Of a stretch of 29,607 nt of DNA, positions 7,886-16,472 are shown piece by piece (position 1 is the stretch's first letter; each line of letters opens with the position of its first letter). The stretch covers positions 1-29,607 of the forward strand of contig JAHPZJ010000029.1 in the NCBI GenBank assembly GCA_019058245.1, in the 5' to 3' direction. The notes below the pieces were generated by a model. It did not search any database, was not told the DNA's origin, and was given only the letters and a program-made list of their open reading frames with translations. Source of the DNA: Promethearchaeota archaeon. Lineage in GTDB: Archaea > Asgardarchaeota > Lokiarchaeia > Sigyniarchaeales > SOKP01. Both the position numbers and the translations under genes were made by a program.

Positions 7886-10477
7886 CTAAGAGAATAATTT
7901 TCTCCACGGTTTTCCGAAAAGTAAGTAACTTGAAATAGCAAGACTATTGCGTAAATCAACTTTAGTTGTACCAATTCCTGAATTTGAATCTTTAATTTTT
8001 TCTTCTAAACCTTTTTCCAACTTATTTGCGATAGATTGCTGGCGAGCATTTAAAAGAGCCTTTCCTTGACTAGTCTTATTAAATAAATTGATTAAGAAAC
8101 TAGAAATAATTTGTTTAGTTACATCATTAAAAATTGGATAATTTTTTGAAGCGATCCCCGTGATTTTCTCAAAATTAAATTGAGTAATAATCTCCCCAAA
8201 GTGAGTTAAAGTATTTTTTATTTTTTTACCTTCAATATTAAACATTTGGGAATTAAAAAAAATAAATGGTTTAATTTCTGAAGAGTTCTGACATAATATA
8301 TTATTAATTTCATTAAATGTTAAAATTTGATTATCATTTGTGAGGAAGAAACTATTTCTAGGACTCAAATTAGAATAGAAAATATTCCCTACAAAAACTA
8401 TAATTTGATATATTCTAGAACTCAAATCTGAGATTATATTCTCTCGTGTTGAATTAGGTCCTATTAGTGTTGCTAATTGGTTAATTTCTGCTCTATTATT
8501 AAAGAAGTTTATTAAATAATTTAGTTCATCTGCTCCCGCCTGAAATGGAAAAATTAATTCCTTCCTTCTTTTATCTTCATTCCATTTTAGAGGACTATTT
8601 GAATTGATTGAATCAATTACTAGAATATTATATCCTATCTTGGGTGAATCTAATGAAGAATCTTCACTTTCCATATCATCAAAAACAATTCCTCTTAGTG
8701 GAACCTCAGAGATCTTATAGCCAATTGAATATTTTAAACAGAAAAAGTTATTATCATAGATAAGATCAAAAGGAATGGTCATATTTTCTAATATAAAATA
8801 TACTTGAGGTATTATATTTAAACTTTCAATCTTAAAAGATTTAAAGAAATTTCTTATTAACTTAGGGAGAAAAATATACAGTAATTGACCATATTCATTC
8901 AAATCAAAAGTATATTTACGGTCTTCAGATTCAGAGAAGAGTTCTTCATAAATTTCAAATATTTGAGAATCATTCCAATATTCATTAGAGATTTTACCAT
9001 CAATTAATTCACCACTTGTGGAATTCATTCTGTAAGAAATCATCCCATTACTATTAATTCTTAGAACTAATTGTTTTATCGCAAAATCTTTGTGAAAAAA
9101 ATCTGGAATATCATTATTATTATCAAAAGTATAAATTTCTTTATGTAGATGTTCAGTTTCATTATAGAGAACATTAAGATCAGTGATTATTTTACTATAA
9201 TCCTCATCTAAGTATGTAAGAATTTTCTGTGCTATATGATAATTTTGTTCTTCAAAAACAGCACGATAAAACATCATCCTCCAAAAATCTCGTTGTTCCA
9301 AAGCAAAGAACATGGATTTAAATTGCCATAAAATATTACATGTGTAGAAATAATGAAAAATTTCATCAGTTTTTTGAGGTAATTTTAAATGATTGTTTAA
9401 TTTTTCTAAGGATTGAAGTAGATATCTTTTCTCTCTCATCTCTACAAATTTATTACATGCTTCTACCCATAATTCAATTAGTACCTTATCATAAGATAAA
9501 TCTGTTTTATACATGAACAAATCTTCCAAGAAATCATAGATATCAAATGCCATTTCAAAACGATTTCTACTGATTGAAAAATCGATGAATTTTCGGATGT
9601 AAGTTACAGCTTCACTAAATGAATTATATTCCTGCATCTTTGAGAAAATATTGCGTATGAAGAGAATAATCCAAGAGTATTCACCGATGTCATTTAAATA
9701 AAATATCAGTTCTTCTAGATCAACTAAAACTGTGTCAAAACTTCTTTGATTAATTGAAATTCTGCTTATATTGCTGAATTCATTTTTTAAATATCCCGGA
9801 AGGCGATTTATTAATATTTTATTAATTTCTCTTACAAATTCAGCTGAATCATCCATTAATTTATATGTTAGACAGACATCTTCTAAAATTATATAAAGAA
9901 ATAAAGCACGTTTACCTGGTTCTATATTAAAAATCGTTTTACCTAAACCATCCATACTTAAATGAAAAAATTCGGAAGGTGTAACTGATTTCCTTAAAAA
10001 TGTCAATAATATCTGCAATTCAAATAATTTTTGAAATTCTTGGTTTTCTAATAATTTTGCAGAAAAAGAGCCTATGAATTTAGTTATCCCAATTTGTGAT
10101 AAATTCTCTATATCTACAAATTTTTTAAGGAGATTAATACTAAAATTATTGAATAAATAGGAATCACCTAGTTTAGATAAAAAAGAGAAGAATCTTTTAT
10201 ACGCATCAATATATCTGACTAAATCAATATCAACTTTACCATCTTTATGTTTTACTAATGAATTTAAATAGATCCACCATGAATTAGAAATAATCATATT
10301 AAGTTGATGTTTTTTCTGAATATCAAGCCATTCACTTTTTTCTATGTCAAAACTCAAATTTTCGAGCACATTACTGGCCCATTTATGGTTTGCTGCGAAA
10401 AGTAACTTACGAGCAGTTATAATTTTTTTTTGAAAATTACTTAAAAATTCCTTCTTAAAATCTAATTTCACAGACAT
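7886..10477 (-). CDS. Helical-repeat scaffold plus CHAT (caspase-HetF) domain, predicted catalytically inactive
   Basis: CHAT landmarks occur in order: YGQLLYIFLP, IPFDLIYD..FCLKY, GADE, GPNSTRENI, YQIIVFVGN, FIFFNSQ, GKALLNAR, YLLFGKP. The N-terminal ~450 aa look all-helical. Confidence 0.75.
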   Translation of the reverse strand: MSVKLDFKKEFLSNFQKKIITARKLLFAANHKWASNVLENLSFDIEKSEWLDIQKKHQLNMIISNSWWIYLNSLVKHKDGKVDIDLVRYIDAYKRFFSFLSKLGDSYLFNNFSINLLKKFVDIENLSQIGITKFIGSFSAKLLENQEFQKLFELQILLTFLRKSVTPSEFFHLSMDGLGKTIFNIEPGKRALFLYIILEDVCLTYKLMDDSAEFVREINKILINRLPGYLKNEFSNISRISINQRSFDTVLVDLEELIFYLNDIGEYSWIILFIRNIFSKMQEYNSFSEAVTYIRKFIDFSISRNRFEMAFDIYDFLEDLFMYKTDLSYDKVLIELWVEACNKFVEMREKRYLLQSLEKLNNHLKLPQKTDEIFHYFYTCNILWQFKSMFFALEQRDFWRMMFYRAVFEEQNYHIAQKILTYLDEDYSKIITDLNVLYNETEHLHKEIYTFDNNNDIPDFFHKDFAIKQLVLRINSNGMISYRMNSTSGELIDGKISNEYWNDSQIFEIYEELFSESEDRKYTFDLNEYGQLLYIFLPKLIRNFFKSFKIESLNIIPQVYFILENMTIPFDLIYDNNFFCLKYSIGYKISEVPLRGIVFDDMESEDSSLDSPKIGYNILVIDSINSNSPLKWNEDKRRKELIFPFQAGADELNYLINFFNNRAEINQLATLIGPNSTRENIISDLSSRIYQIIVFVGNIFYSNLSPRNSFFLTNDNQILTFNEINNILCQNSSEIKPFIFFNSQMFNIEGKKIKNTLTHFGEIITQFNFEKITGIASKNYPIFNDVTKQIISSFLINLFNKTSQGKALLNARQQSIANKLEKGLEEKIKDSNSGIGTTKVDLRNSLAISSYLLFGKPWRKLFS

Positions 10478-10501
10478 AAGATTTTGATTCCATCTTCTCT
10501 T

Positions 10502-11698
10502 TTAATTATCTTTTTGATTAGAATTTTCCATACTTTGTACTTGATCGGCAACTTCTTGATTTGGATTGTTGATCCATCCCTTTTGTAACTTTTCCTGAGC
10601 CCATAAAACTGATGATCCTATCCAACCAATATTTTCTCTTCCAGAAGCAGCAATTACTTCAACTTTATTTTTCAATCTTTCTGAGAAATATTTCACAATT
10701 TCAATTTTTAAACGTTTTTCTAGACCAGGGATTAAACTACCACCACCAGCAATAATAATATTTGGAACTATTAACTCCCAATTTTCACGATCCCAAAATT
10801 TTATCACTTTTGAAACTGCCTCTGGCAAGCCTATATAATCTATATGAATTAATGAAGGAATAAATAAGGGTTCAACAAGTTTAAATCTTTCTGTATTAAT
10901 TTCCAATGATGAACCATCTGGTAAATCTACTTTTCTATTATATTTTGTTAAGCCATCTTTTATTCTTTTTATTTCCTCATCTGGATTAAGAACACATATG
11001 GATAGTTTATCTTTAATTTCTTTTGTTATCATTTCGTCAAGATTTAAAGTTTTAACAGATCCCTTTTTTGTTATTATTAAATTTAGAAGATAACTAGTTA
11101 ATTCCTTGCCAGCTATTGGATACAAATCCCTTGCCATAACGTTTGAGAAACCATGTAAAAACGTAGTGATTGTAGTATTTGCCTCCCCCATATTAATAAC
11201 TACACCACTAGTCTTTCTCAAAGTAGCTAAGATTCCTTGAGATTCAGATAAAAATATTAAGGATGGAAAGTTAAATACATTGAAAAAGATTTCTTGTAGC
11301 TTTGTTTTTTCCAATTCTGACATATTAAAAGGGGATAAAATGATAATTGGTTGTTTAAATTGATTTTCTTCAGCAATACTTAATTTTTTATAATGATGAT
11401 AAAAATATTTCATGAAAACATTATAATTACTTTCTTTCTTGAAAAAATGAACTTTCAGAATATTGGAATACTCTAAAGCTTCATTCCCAAAAAGCTGGCT
11501 TTCAGTATTTTTTTCAGTTATAAAAATATCCTCAAGTCCTTCAATTACATCTGATGTAAATAAAAAATCAGTGTTATCTACATAGATACTAGGTGCAATA
11601 ATATCAGGAAAATCATTTCCCGCCCATCCTAATCGAAAGTTCTGGCTCCCAATCTCTATAATTAGTGGACGTAATTGACTCTTTTTTTCATCAGACAT
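10502..11698 (-). CDS. Actin-family protein (divergent Asgard actin-related protein)
   Basis: Actin motifs present: LIIEIGSQNFRLGWAGNDFP (phosphate-1), EIFFNVFNFP, SGVVINMGE (phosphate-2), IAGKELTSYL, LPDGSSLEINTERFKLVEPLFIPS, NIIIAGGGSLIPGLEKRL (adenosine) and WIGSSV. Confidence 0.95.
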   Translation of the reverse strand: MSDEKKSQLRPLIIEIGSQNFRLGWAGNDFPDIIAPSIYVDNTDFLFTSDVIEGLEDIFITEKNTESQLFGNEALEYSNILKVHFFKKESNYNVFMKYFYHHYKKLSIAEENQFKQPIIILSPFNMSELEKTKLQEIFFNVFNFPSLIFLSESQGILATLRKTSGVVINMGEANTTITTFLHGFSNVMARDLYPIAGKELTSYLLNLIITKKGSVKTLNLDEMITKEIKDKLSICVLNPDEEIKRIKDGLTKYNRKVDLPDGSSLEINTERFKLVEPLFIPSLIHIDYIGLPEAVSKVIKFWDRENWELIVPNIIIAGGGSLIPGLEKRLKIEIVKYFSERLKNKVEVIAASGRENIGWIGSSVLWAQEKLQKGWINNPNQEVADQVQSMENSNQKDN

Positions 11699-11756
11699 AA
11701 TAATTTCAATATAGATCTTTTTATAAATTATCCATGGAACGTGAAGAATTAAATAT

Positions 11757-12704
11757 TTATTGAGATAGCTTTAATTCATGAATAAATTCATCTGTAACGC
11801 GCTTTAATTGATATTCCTTAATCTGAAGCTCGAGTAGACCCAAAACTCGCTTAAACTCTCCAGACATAGATTCAATATTAACTTCCGCAACCTTCTCCGT
11901 TTCATTTCGCTTTATTTTAAATTGTTCTAAACTCTCTTGAATTCCTTCAAAAATACTATTTATGCTTAATGTCAAGTCATCAGTATTTTTCTTTGTAATT
12001 TTTCTCATTTTACGTAAAATTCCTAATATATTAGAAATTGACATTTCCCATCTATCATAATTTTCACCATAACTTGTTAATAAACCTTCAAAAAATTCTG
12101 TTAACTTTAAGTAAATGTTCTCTTTTTTAACAAATGAAGGCTCTTTTTTTGTAGATGGCGCCGGGGGCATTTTTTCCGCTCTTTCTAATGATTCGTTCTC
12201 ACCTGACGCTTGGAGTTCTGGAGATTCAGTAGTTTTTACTTGTTCAGTCTTTGGGGTTGGTGAAGGTTTAACTTCTTTAATTTTTTCATCTGATTTTGAG
12301 ATTTCAATCTTTTCTTTTTTTTCTGGAATTAGGGTGGTTCTGGGCTTTTTTTTATCTCGATCGCGTTGAGTTAAGGGAACATCTTCCATTACATAAGCTT
12401 CTGCGATTTTACTTTTGGATTCATGAGTTAATTGAGGTGTAATTTTTATTTCTCCCTCTTTTATTGGATGAATAAATCCTTTTTCTTCAGATACCCCTTT
12501 TAATAATGTTTGTAAGGTAGTTTCAGTAGTTTTTGCAGAACTTAATGCTGTATCTAAAGAATATTCAGGTATTTGATCAACTTCCCCTTCTTTTTCTACT
12601 TGTTTTTCCTTCTTTTCTACTTGTTTTTCCTTCTTTTGTTGTGGTTTCTCCTTCTTTTCTTTTTTCTTCTTATCTTTTTTCTTCTTTTTCGCCACTATAT
12701 ACAC
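11757..12704 (-). CDS. Hypothetical protein: Lys-rich N-terminus, disordered Glu/Lys/Pro middle, ~120-aa C-terminal coiled-coil/helical domain
   Basis: Long ORF lying 38 bp after the AbrB gene and 58 bp before the actin gene. The likely true start is GTG at 12695, preceded by AGGTG. Confidence 0.75.
   Translation of the reverse strand: MYIVAKKKKKDKKKKEKKEKPQQKKEKQVEKKEKQVEKEGEVDQIPEYSLDTALSSAKTTETTLQTLLKGVSEEKGFIHPIKEGEIKITPQLTHESKSKIAEAYVMEDVPLTQRDRDKKKPRTTLIPEKKEKIEISKSDEKIKEVKPSPTPKTEQVKTTESPELQASGENESLERAEKMPPAPSTKKEPSFVKKENIYLKLTEFFEGLLTSYGENYDRWEMSISNILGILRKMRKITKKNTDDLTLSINSIFEGIQESLEQFKIKRNETEKVAEVNIESMSGEFKRVLGLLELQIKEYQLKRVTDEFIHELKLSQ
12592..12637. repeat. 21-bp tandem duplication encoding (K)EKQVEK twice
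   Basis: TTTTCTACTTGTTTTTCCTTC occurs at 12592-12612 and 12613-12633. Confidence 0.8.
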
Positions 12705-12742
12705 CTTCTATGTGACTAATATTTATAGAGATAATTTAATTA

Positions 12743-13144
12743 TTAATCTAAGGGATTGAATTCTACGTCTAATGCCTCTCCCTTTTCTGTTAAAATATTT
12801 TTAAGTTGATTAATGTCGCTAGGACTTTCAGATATTGCAGTTAAAATGGCTTTTACATCCTTTTCGATAATCACCGCTTCCGAGTATATGAGACTAATCT
12901 TTTCTTCTGCAAAGATATCAAGTATTTTTGCTAAAGCTCCTGGAATATCTTTCATTACTATTTTTAACTTGATAAGATTGCTTTCATCCCGTAATCCAAT
13001 AGGAGTAATTCGTATTTCTTTTGTTTCCGAATCGCTTACTAGCATTAATTGGGAATTTGTTGTTATACCAAGATTCTTTCTCGTCACTAAAGGTAATACG
13101 ATCCGTCCTCGATTATCAACTGCTATAATTTTTACATCTTTCAT
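12743..13144 (-). CDS. AbrB/MazE/SpoVT-family DNA-binding protein fused to an ACT domain
   Basis: VDNRGRIVLPLVTRKNLGI is the swapped-hairpin signature. It is followed by MKDIPGALAKILDIFAEEKISL, the ACT D.PG.L motif. Confidence 0.88.
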   Translation of the reverse strand: MKDVKIIAVDNRGRIVLPLVTRKNLGITTNSQLMLVSDSETKEIRITPIGLRDESNLIKLKIVMKDIPGALAKILDIFAEEKISLIYSEAVIIEKDVKAILTAISESPSDINQLKNILTEKGEALDVEFNPLD

Positions 13145-13421
13145 ATTTTTTATTATCGTTATAATACTATAAATTTCTAACCAAAATTCATGGTAATTAC
13201 TATTGTTATAATTATTATCAAAATTATTATTAATAACTTTAATGTAATTCTATTGAGTTATACTTTAATAAATAAAATAATAACTAAATCCTGTTTTAGA
13301 ATCCATTTAAAATATCTGAGTGCTATAGAAAATAAAAGAAAATATTAAGAGCAAAATCAAAAAAGACTTAAACAAGAATAATTGGCTTATTTTTTGAATA
13401 TTTTAAATTTATCTTAGAAAG

Positions 13422-13431
13422 AAAAAAAAAA
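13422..13431 (-). terminator. Oligo-T tract immediately after the VWA gene stop (putative archaeal terminator)
   Basis: A T10 run lies on the minus strand 1 nt after TGA, followed by a ~280-bp AT-rich gap. T-runs are common in this genome, so the evidence is weak. Confidence 0.4.
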
Positions 13432-13432
13432 T

Positions 13433-15634
13433 TCAAAATTGATCCTTATGAGCTTTCATTTTCACTGTTAAGTCTCTAGCCCTTTTAGAATACCAGATCA
13501 ATAATTCTCCAGCATCTTCAGGCTTAAAGTATTCTCCACCGCATAAAGCTGCAGCTCGTGCCATTAATTCGTCATTTGGGTTTCCTAGTCCAACAACATA
13601 CACAACGACATCTGGATTATTGGCTAATTTCTTGATTTCAGTGAAAAATGTATCACCATCTGTAGGAATCCCATCAGTGAGCAGGATAATCATCGTTGGA
13701 TTTTGATCCATTTTATTGAATTCTGTGAGGACTTGATTTGCTGATCTCATTGCCGCTCCTAATGCTGTTGCTTGTCCATATGAATTTCCAACTCGATCGA
13801 CAATCACACGAGCAGCATCTTCTAACACTCCCTTTTTTCCACTTGCGGAATCCATGTAAAATTTATCCCCAAATGGAAGTATCTGGGCCTCATCCGCGAA
13901 CCTTATAACTGAAACTTTTTCTCCAAATCCCCTACCTACTTTTTCACTTAAGAAAAGTACAGCAGCAAATGCAGCTGATATTCTACGTGGTATATTAATT
14001 CCATCTTTAAAATGTTTCAAAAACTCTTGAATTTCCCGAGATTCCATAGCGGCTTTTATTCCCTCAATAGCAGGTGCAATGTTAACAACAAGTACGTCCC
14101 TTGCCATCATACTTCGGCTTATATCTATCACAAGAATTGCGTTAAATGGAATTAAACCTACGGGACTTAAAGACAAGGTGGTATTTGGAGTTACCTTGGC
14201 GAAAATATCCCCTGTTAGATCCGGTACGGTGTCTAGAATTGAACAAGCAATATTCACAGCAGACCATCGTAGTTTAATACCTTTAAATATTATATAATTT
14301 GAAATCCACCCTTTCATTGAATCTACATTTTCTCGAGTGGTACTTATTATTTCCCACATATTTTCTCCAGAAATAGGTGAAATTCCTAAGGAGATACTCT
14401 GTAATGGGATTATTGTTCTTTGATTTTTTGATACTTTTACTTCAAAACTACCAATACCAGATGCTTCTAAAATTTCACTATCAATAACAATCACATTATC
14501 TGGCGTCGTTTCTGAAATTTCAACTTTTCCAGCGCCCATTGCCCCAGTAAGTTCATCTTCAAAAGATAAGATCTCATCGGGCTGGAGAGACAAAGAATAT
14601 TGAGTACGTGGACTAACTAAAGCATAACCCATCAAACTTGGTTGAGATTGGACTTCCAACATCAATTCTGAAGCTGCTTGTATTGGAGGTTCAGTAGAGT
14701 ATACAACAATTTGTTCTGCTTGTATATTCGTATCTTCATAGGTATCTTTACTCATTTTTATTTCATTCATTCCAATATTTGCTTGGTCTATTCTTGCTGA
14801 CCCCATTGCTCTCGTTAAAGGGTCCTCCCATCCTATTAACATTCCTTGACCTAAACCTAATTGCTGAAGAATACCAGCATTTATTTGTACTCTTCCACCT
14901 TCAATATTATAGTCTAATGTTGGTGTAAGAATTATTCCATTTTTTTGTGTTTGGAGTGTATTAATGTCGATTTTATTTGGAAATGGTTCAACTGGAGCAG
15001 CAATCTGCCCTACTGGTTGTTCTACAGTTGGTCGTGGGATTTCCATGGGAGGTGGTGGTTTACTTGGAAGTGGTGATAATGAAGGTTGGGGAGTAGGAAT
15101 AGGTGATGGAATTGGTTGAGGAATAGAAGAAGGTTCAGGTGGAGGTGTAGGTAACGGAGATAAAGATGAATTAGGAGTGATTGTGGGTTTAGGTGGAGGA
15201 TGAGGCGAAGGTGGAGGATGAGGTGAGGGAGGAGCCTGGGGTGAAGGAACGGGTTGAGATGTAGGAACATATTGTGGAGCTGAAATTGATTCAGGTTTAG
15301 GAGTAGGTTCGGGTGGCGGAGTAGGTCCTTTTTTAGGAACTTTTGGAATTTTTAAAGTTGGTGTAAGTTTTGTTGCAGCGCTTACAGGACGTACTGTTAA
15401 TTCAACTCCGGAAAATTGTAAATCATCCAATAAATTCTTAGCAAATTGTCCAGCAAAATCTAATATATTATCAGAAATTTCGACTTTGGCTTCTGTTTTT
15501 AAGTTATTATCAATATTTAACACTTCAATTGGATCTCCATTCTTAACCCCTAATTTTGTGGCATTGGATTGACAAATTCTTACTTTACTTTTTATTTCAT
15601 TATTTGCATCGACAAAAAGTTTGATTTCAGGCAT
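13433..15634 (-). CDS. VWA-domain protein with three Cdc48-N-like barrels, an Nc-like subdomain and a long proline-rich linker
   Basis: MIDAS motif ILVIDISRS, VSVIRF, TALGAAM, ILLTDG, VYVVGLG and GGEYF mark the VWA domain. Three repeats resemble double-psi barrels: KVRICQSNATKLGVKNGDPIEV, RVQINAGILQQLGLGQGMLIGW and YALVSPRTQYSLSLQPDEILSF. Confidence 0.8.
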   Translation of the reverse strand: MPEIKLFVDANNEIKSKVRICQSNATKLGVKNGDPIEVLNIDNNLKTEAKVEISDNILDFAGQFAKNLLDDLQFSGVELTVRPVSAATKLTPTLKIPKVPKKGPTPPPEPTPKPESISAPQYVPTSQPVPSPQAPPSPHPPPSPHPPPKPTITPNSSLSPLPTPPPEPSSIPQPIPSPIPTPQPSLSPLPSKPPPPMEIPRPTVEQPVGQIAAPVEPFPNKIDINTLQTQKNGIILTPTLDYNIEGGRVQINAGILQQLGLGQGMLIGWEDPLTRAMGSARIDQANIGMNEIKMSKDTYEDTNIQAEQIVVYSTEPPIQAASELMLEVQSQPSLMGYALVSPRTQYSLSLQPDEILSFEDELTGAMGAGKVEISETTPDNVIVIDSEILEASGIGSFEVKVSKNQRTIIPLQSISLGISPISGENMWEIISTTRENVDSMKGWISNYIIFKGIKLRWSAVNIACSILDTVPDLTGDIFAKVTPNTTLSLSPVGLIPFNAILVIDISRSMMARDVLVVNIAPAIEGIKAAMESREIQEFLKHFKDGINIPRRISAAFAAVLFLSEKVGRGFGEKVSVIRFADEAQILPFGDKFYMDSASGKKGVLEDAARVIVDRVGNSYGQATALGAAMRSANQVLTEFNKMDQNPTMIILLTDGIPTDGDTFFTEIKKLANNPDVVVYVVGLGNPNDELMARAAALCGGEYFKPEDAGELLIWYSKRARDLTVKMKAHKDQF

Positions 15635-15862
15635 AATTATTCAATTTATTTTCTAAAGTATTTTAATATAATATAAGTGATACATCTTAAAATTTCTATC
15701 AACATTCATTAATTTTCTTTATAAATAATAAACTTATATCAGTATAAGAAACTTTTCTAAAGTTGATTATTTTGGATATAAAATATCTTTTTATAAAAAT
15801 CTTAAACAAATATTAAGTTTAAAAACAAATCTTATAAGAATTTTATTTTTAATATGAAATTC

Positions 15863-16252
15863 TTAGGTTATAGGATATCGTTTTGATATTTCTTGGGAGT
15901 AATATCTAAAAACTTTAACAATCTTTCCCAGATCTGCCGTTTGTCTTGAGGCTCCCATTAAGAAAAACCTTCCAGCGGCGCTAAGTATTATAAAACCATT
16001 ATCACCACGTAAAACTACCTCAAGCATATTTGTATAACCTAGAGCTGCAACAGCATCAGTTCCAGATTGCACAACCACAGCACTTAGACTTGAAAAGAGA
16101 TCTGGATCTAAGTTATAACCAGGAATTGCACTAAAGGCTAATCTTAAGCCCTCTCTGGTAATTAGGGCCAAAGCTTCAAGTTCTGAATACTCTGTAATGG
16201 AACCAAGGAAAGTACTTAAAGCAGAGGCTTCTTCAGGTGTTAAATCACTCAT
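15863..16252 (-). CDS. Roadblock/LC7 (MglB-like) domain protein
   Basis: LEALALITREGL, DLFSSLSA, LG...EVVLRGDNGFIIL and DLGKI match the family pattern; 129 aa. Confidence 0.88.
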   Translation of the reverse strand: MSDLTPEEASALSTFLGSITEYSELEALALITREGLRLAFSAIPGYNLDPDLFSSLSAVVVQSGTDAVAALGYTNMLEVVLRGDNGFIILSAAGRFFLMGASRQTADLGKIVKVFRYYSQEISKRYPIT

Positions 16253-16472
16253 AATTAAGTTTCAAATACTAATTTAATTAATAATAATTAGAAAGTCTAG
16301 ACTTAAAAATTTATATTTCTATTTATCAACTTCTTATTTGCTAAGATTTTGAAATAAAACAATCATATTATAGTTTACTTACAATTTCAATATTTAAGAT
16401 AGAACGAGTGTGAATAATATCCATTTAGGATCAATAAAATAATAAGATTATTGCAAGGAAAATTAGTTTTCC

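Noticed and set aside
12743-13144. AbrB/MazE protein as the antitoxin of a toxin-antitoxin pair
   Set aside because: It is fused to an ACT domain and no PIN, MazF or RelE-like toxin gene is adjacent.
12115-15270. Short ORFs 12115-12369, 12533-12715, 12813-13172, 14079-14297 and the His/Leu-rich 15022-15270
   Set aside because: Antisense or alternative-frame shadows; the His/Leu pattern is the frameshifted reading of Pro codons.
15863-16252. Small protein next to gelsolin as a profilin
   Set aside because: The motif order (helix, ALITREGL, long SA-containing helix, three strands, LG helix) fits Roadblock/LC7 better.
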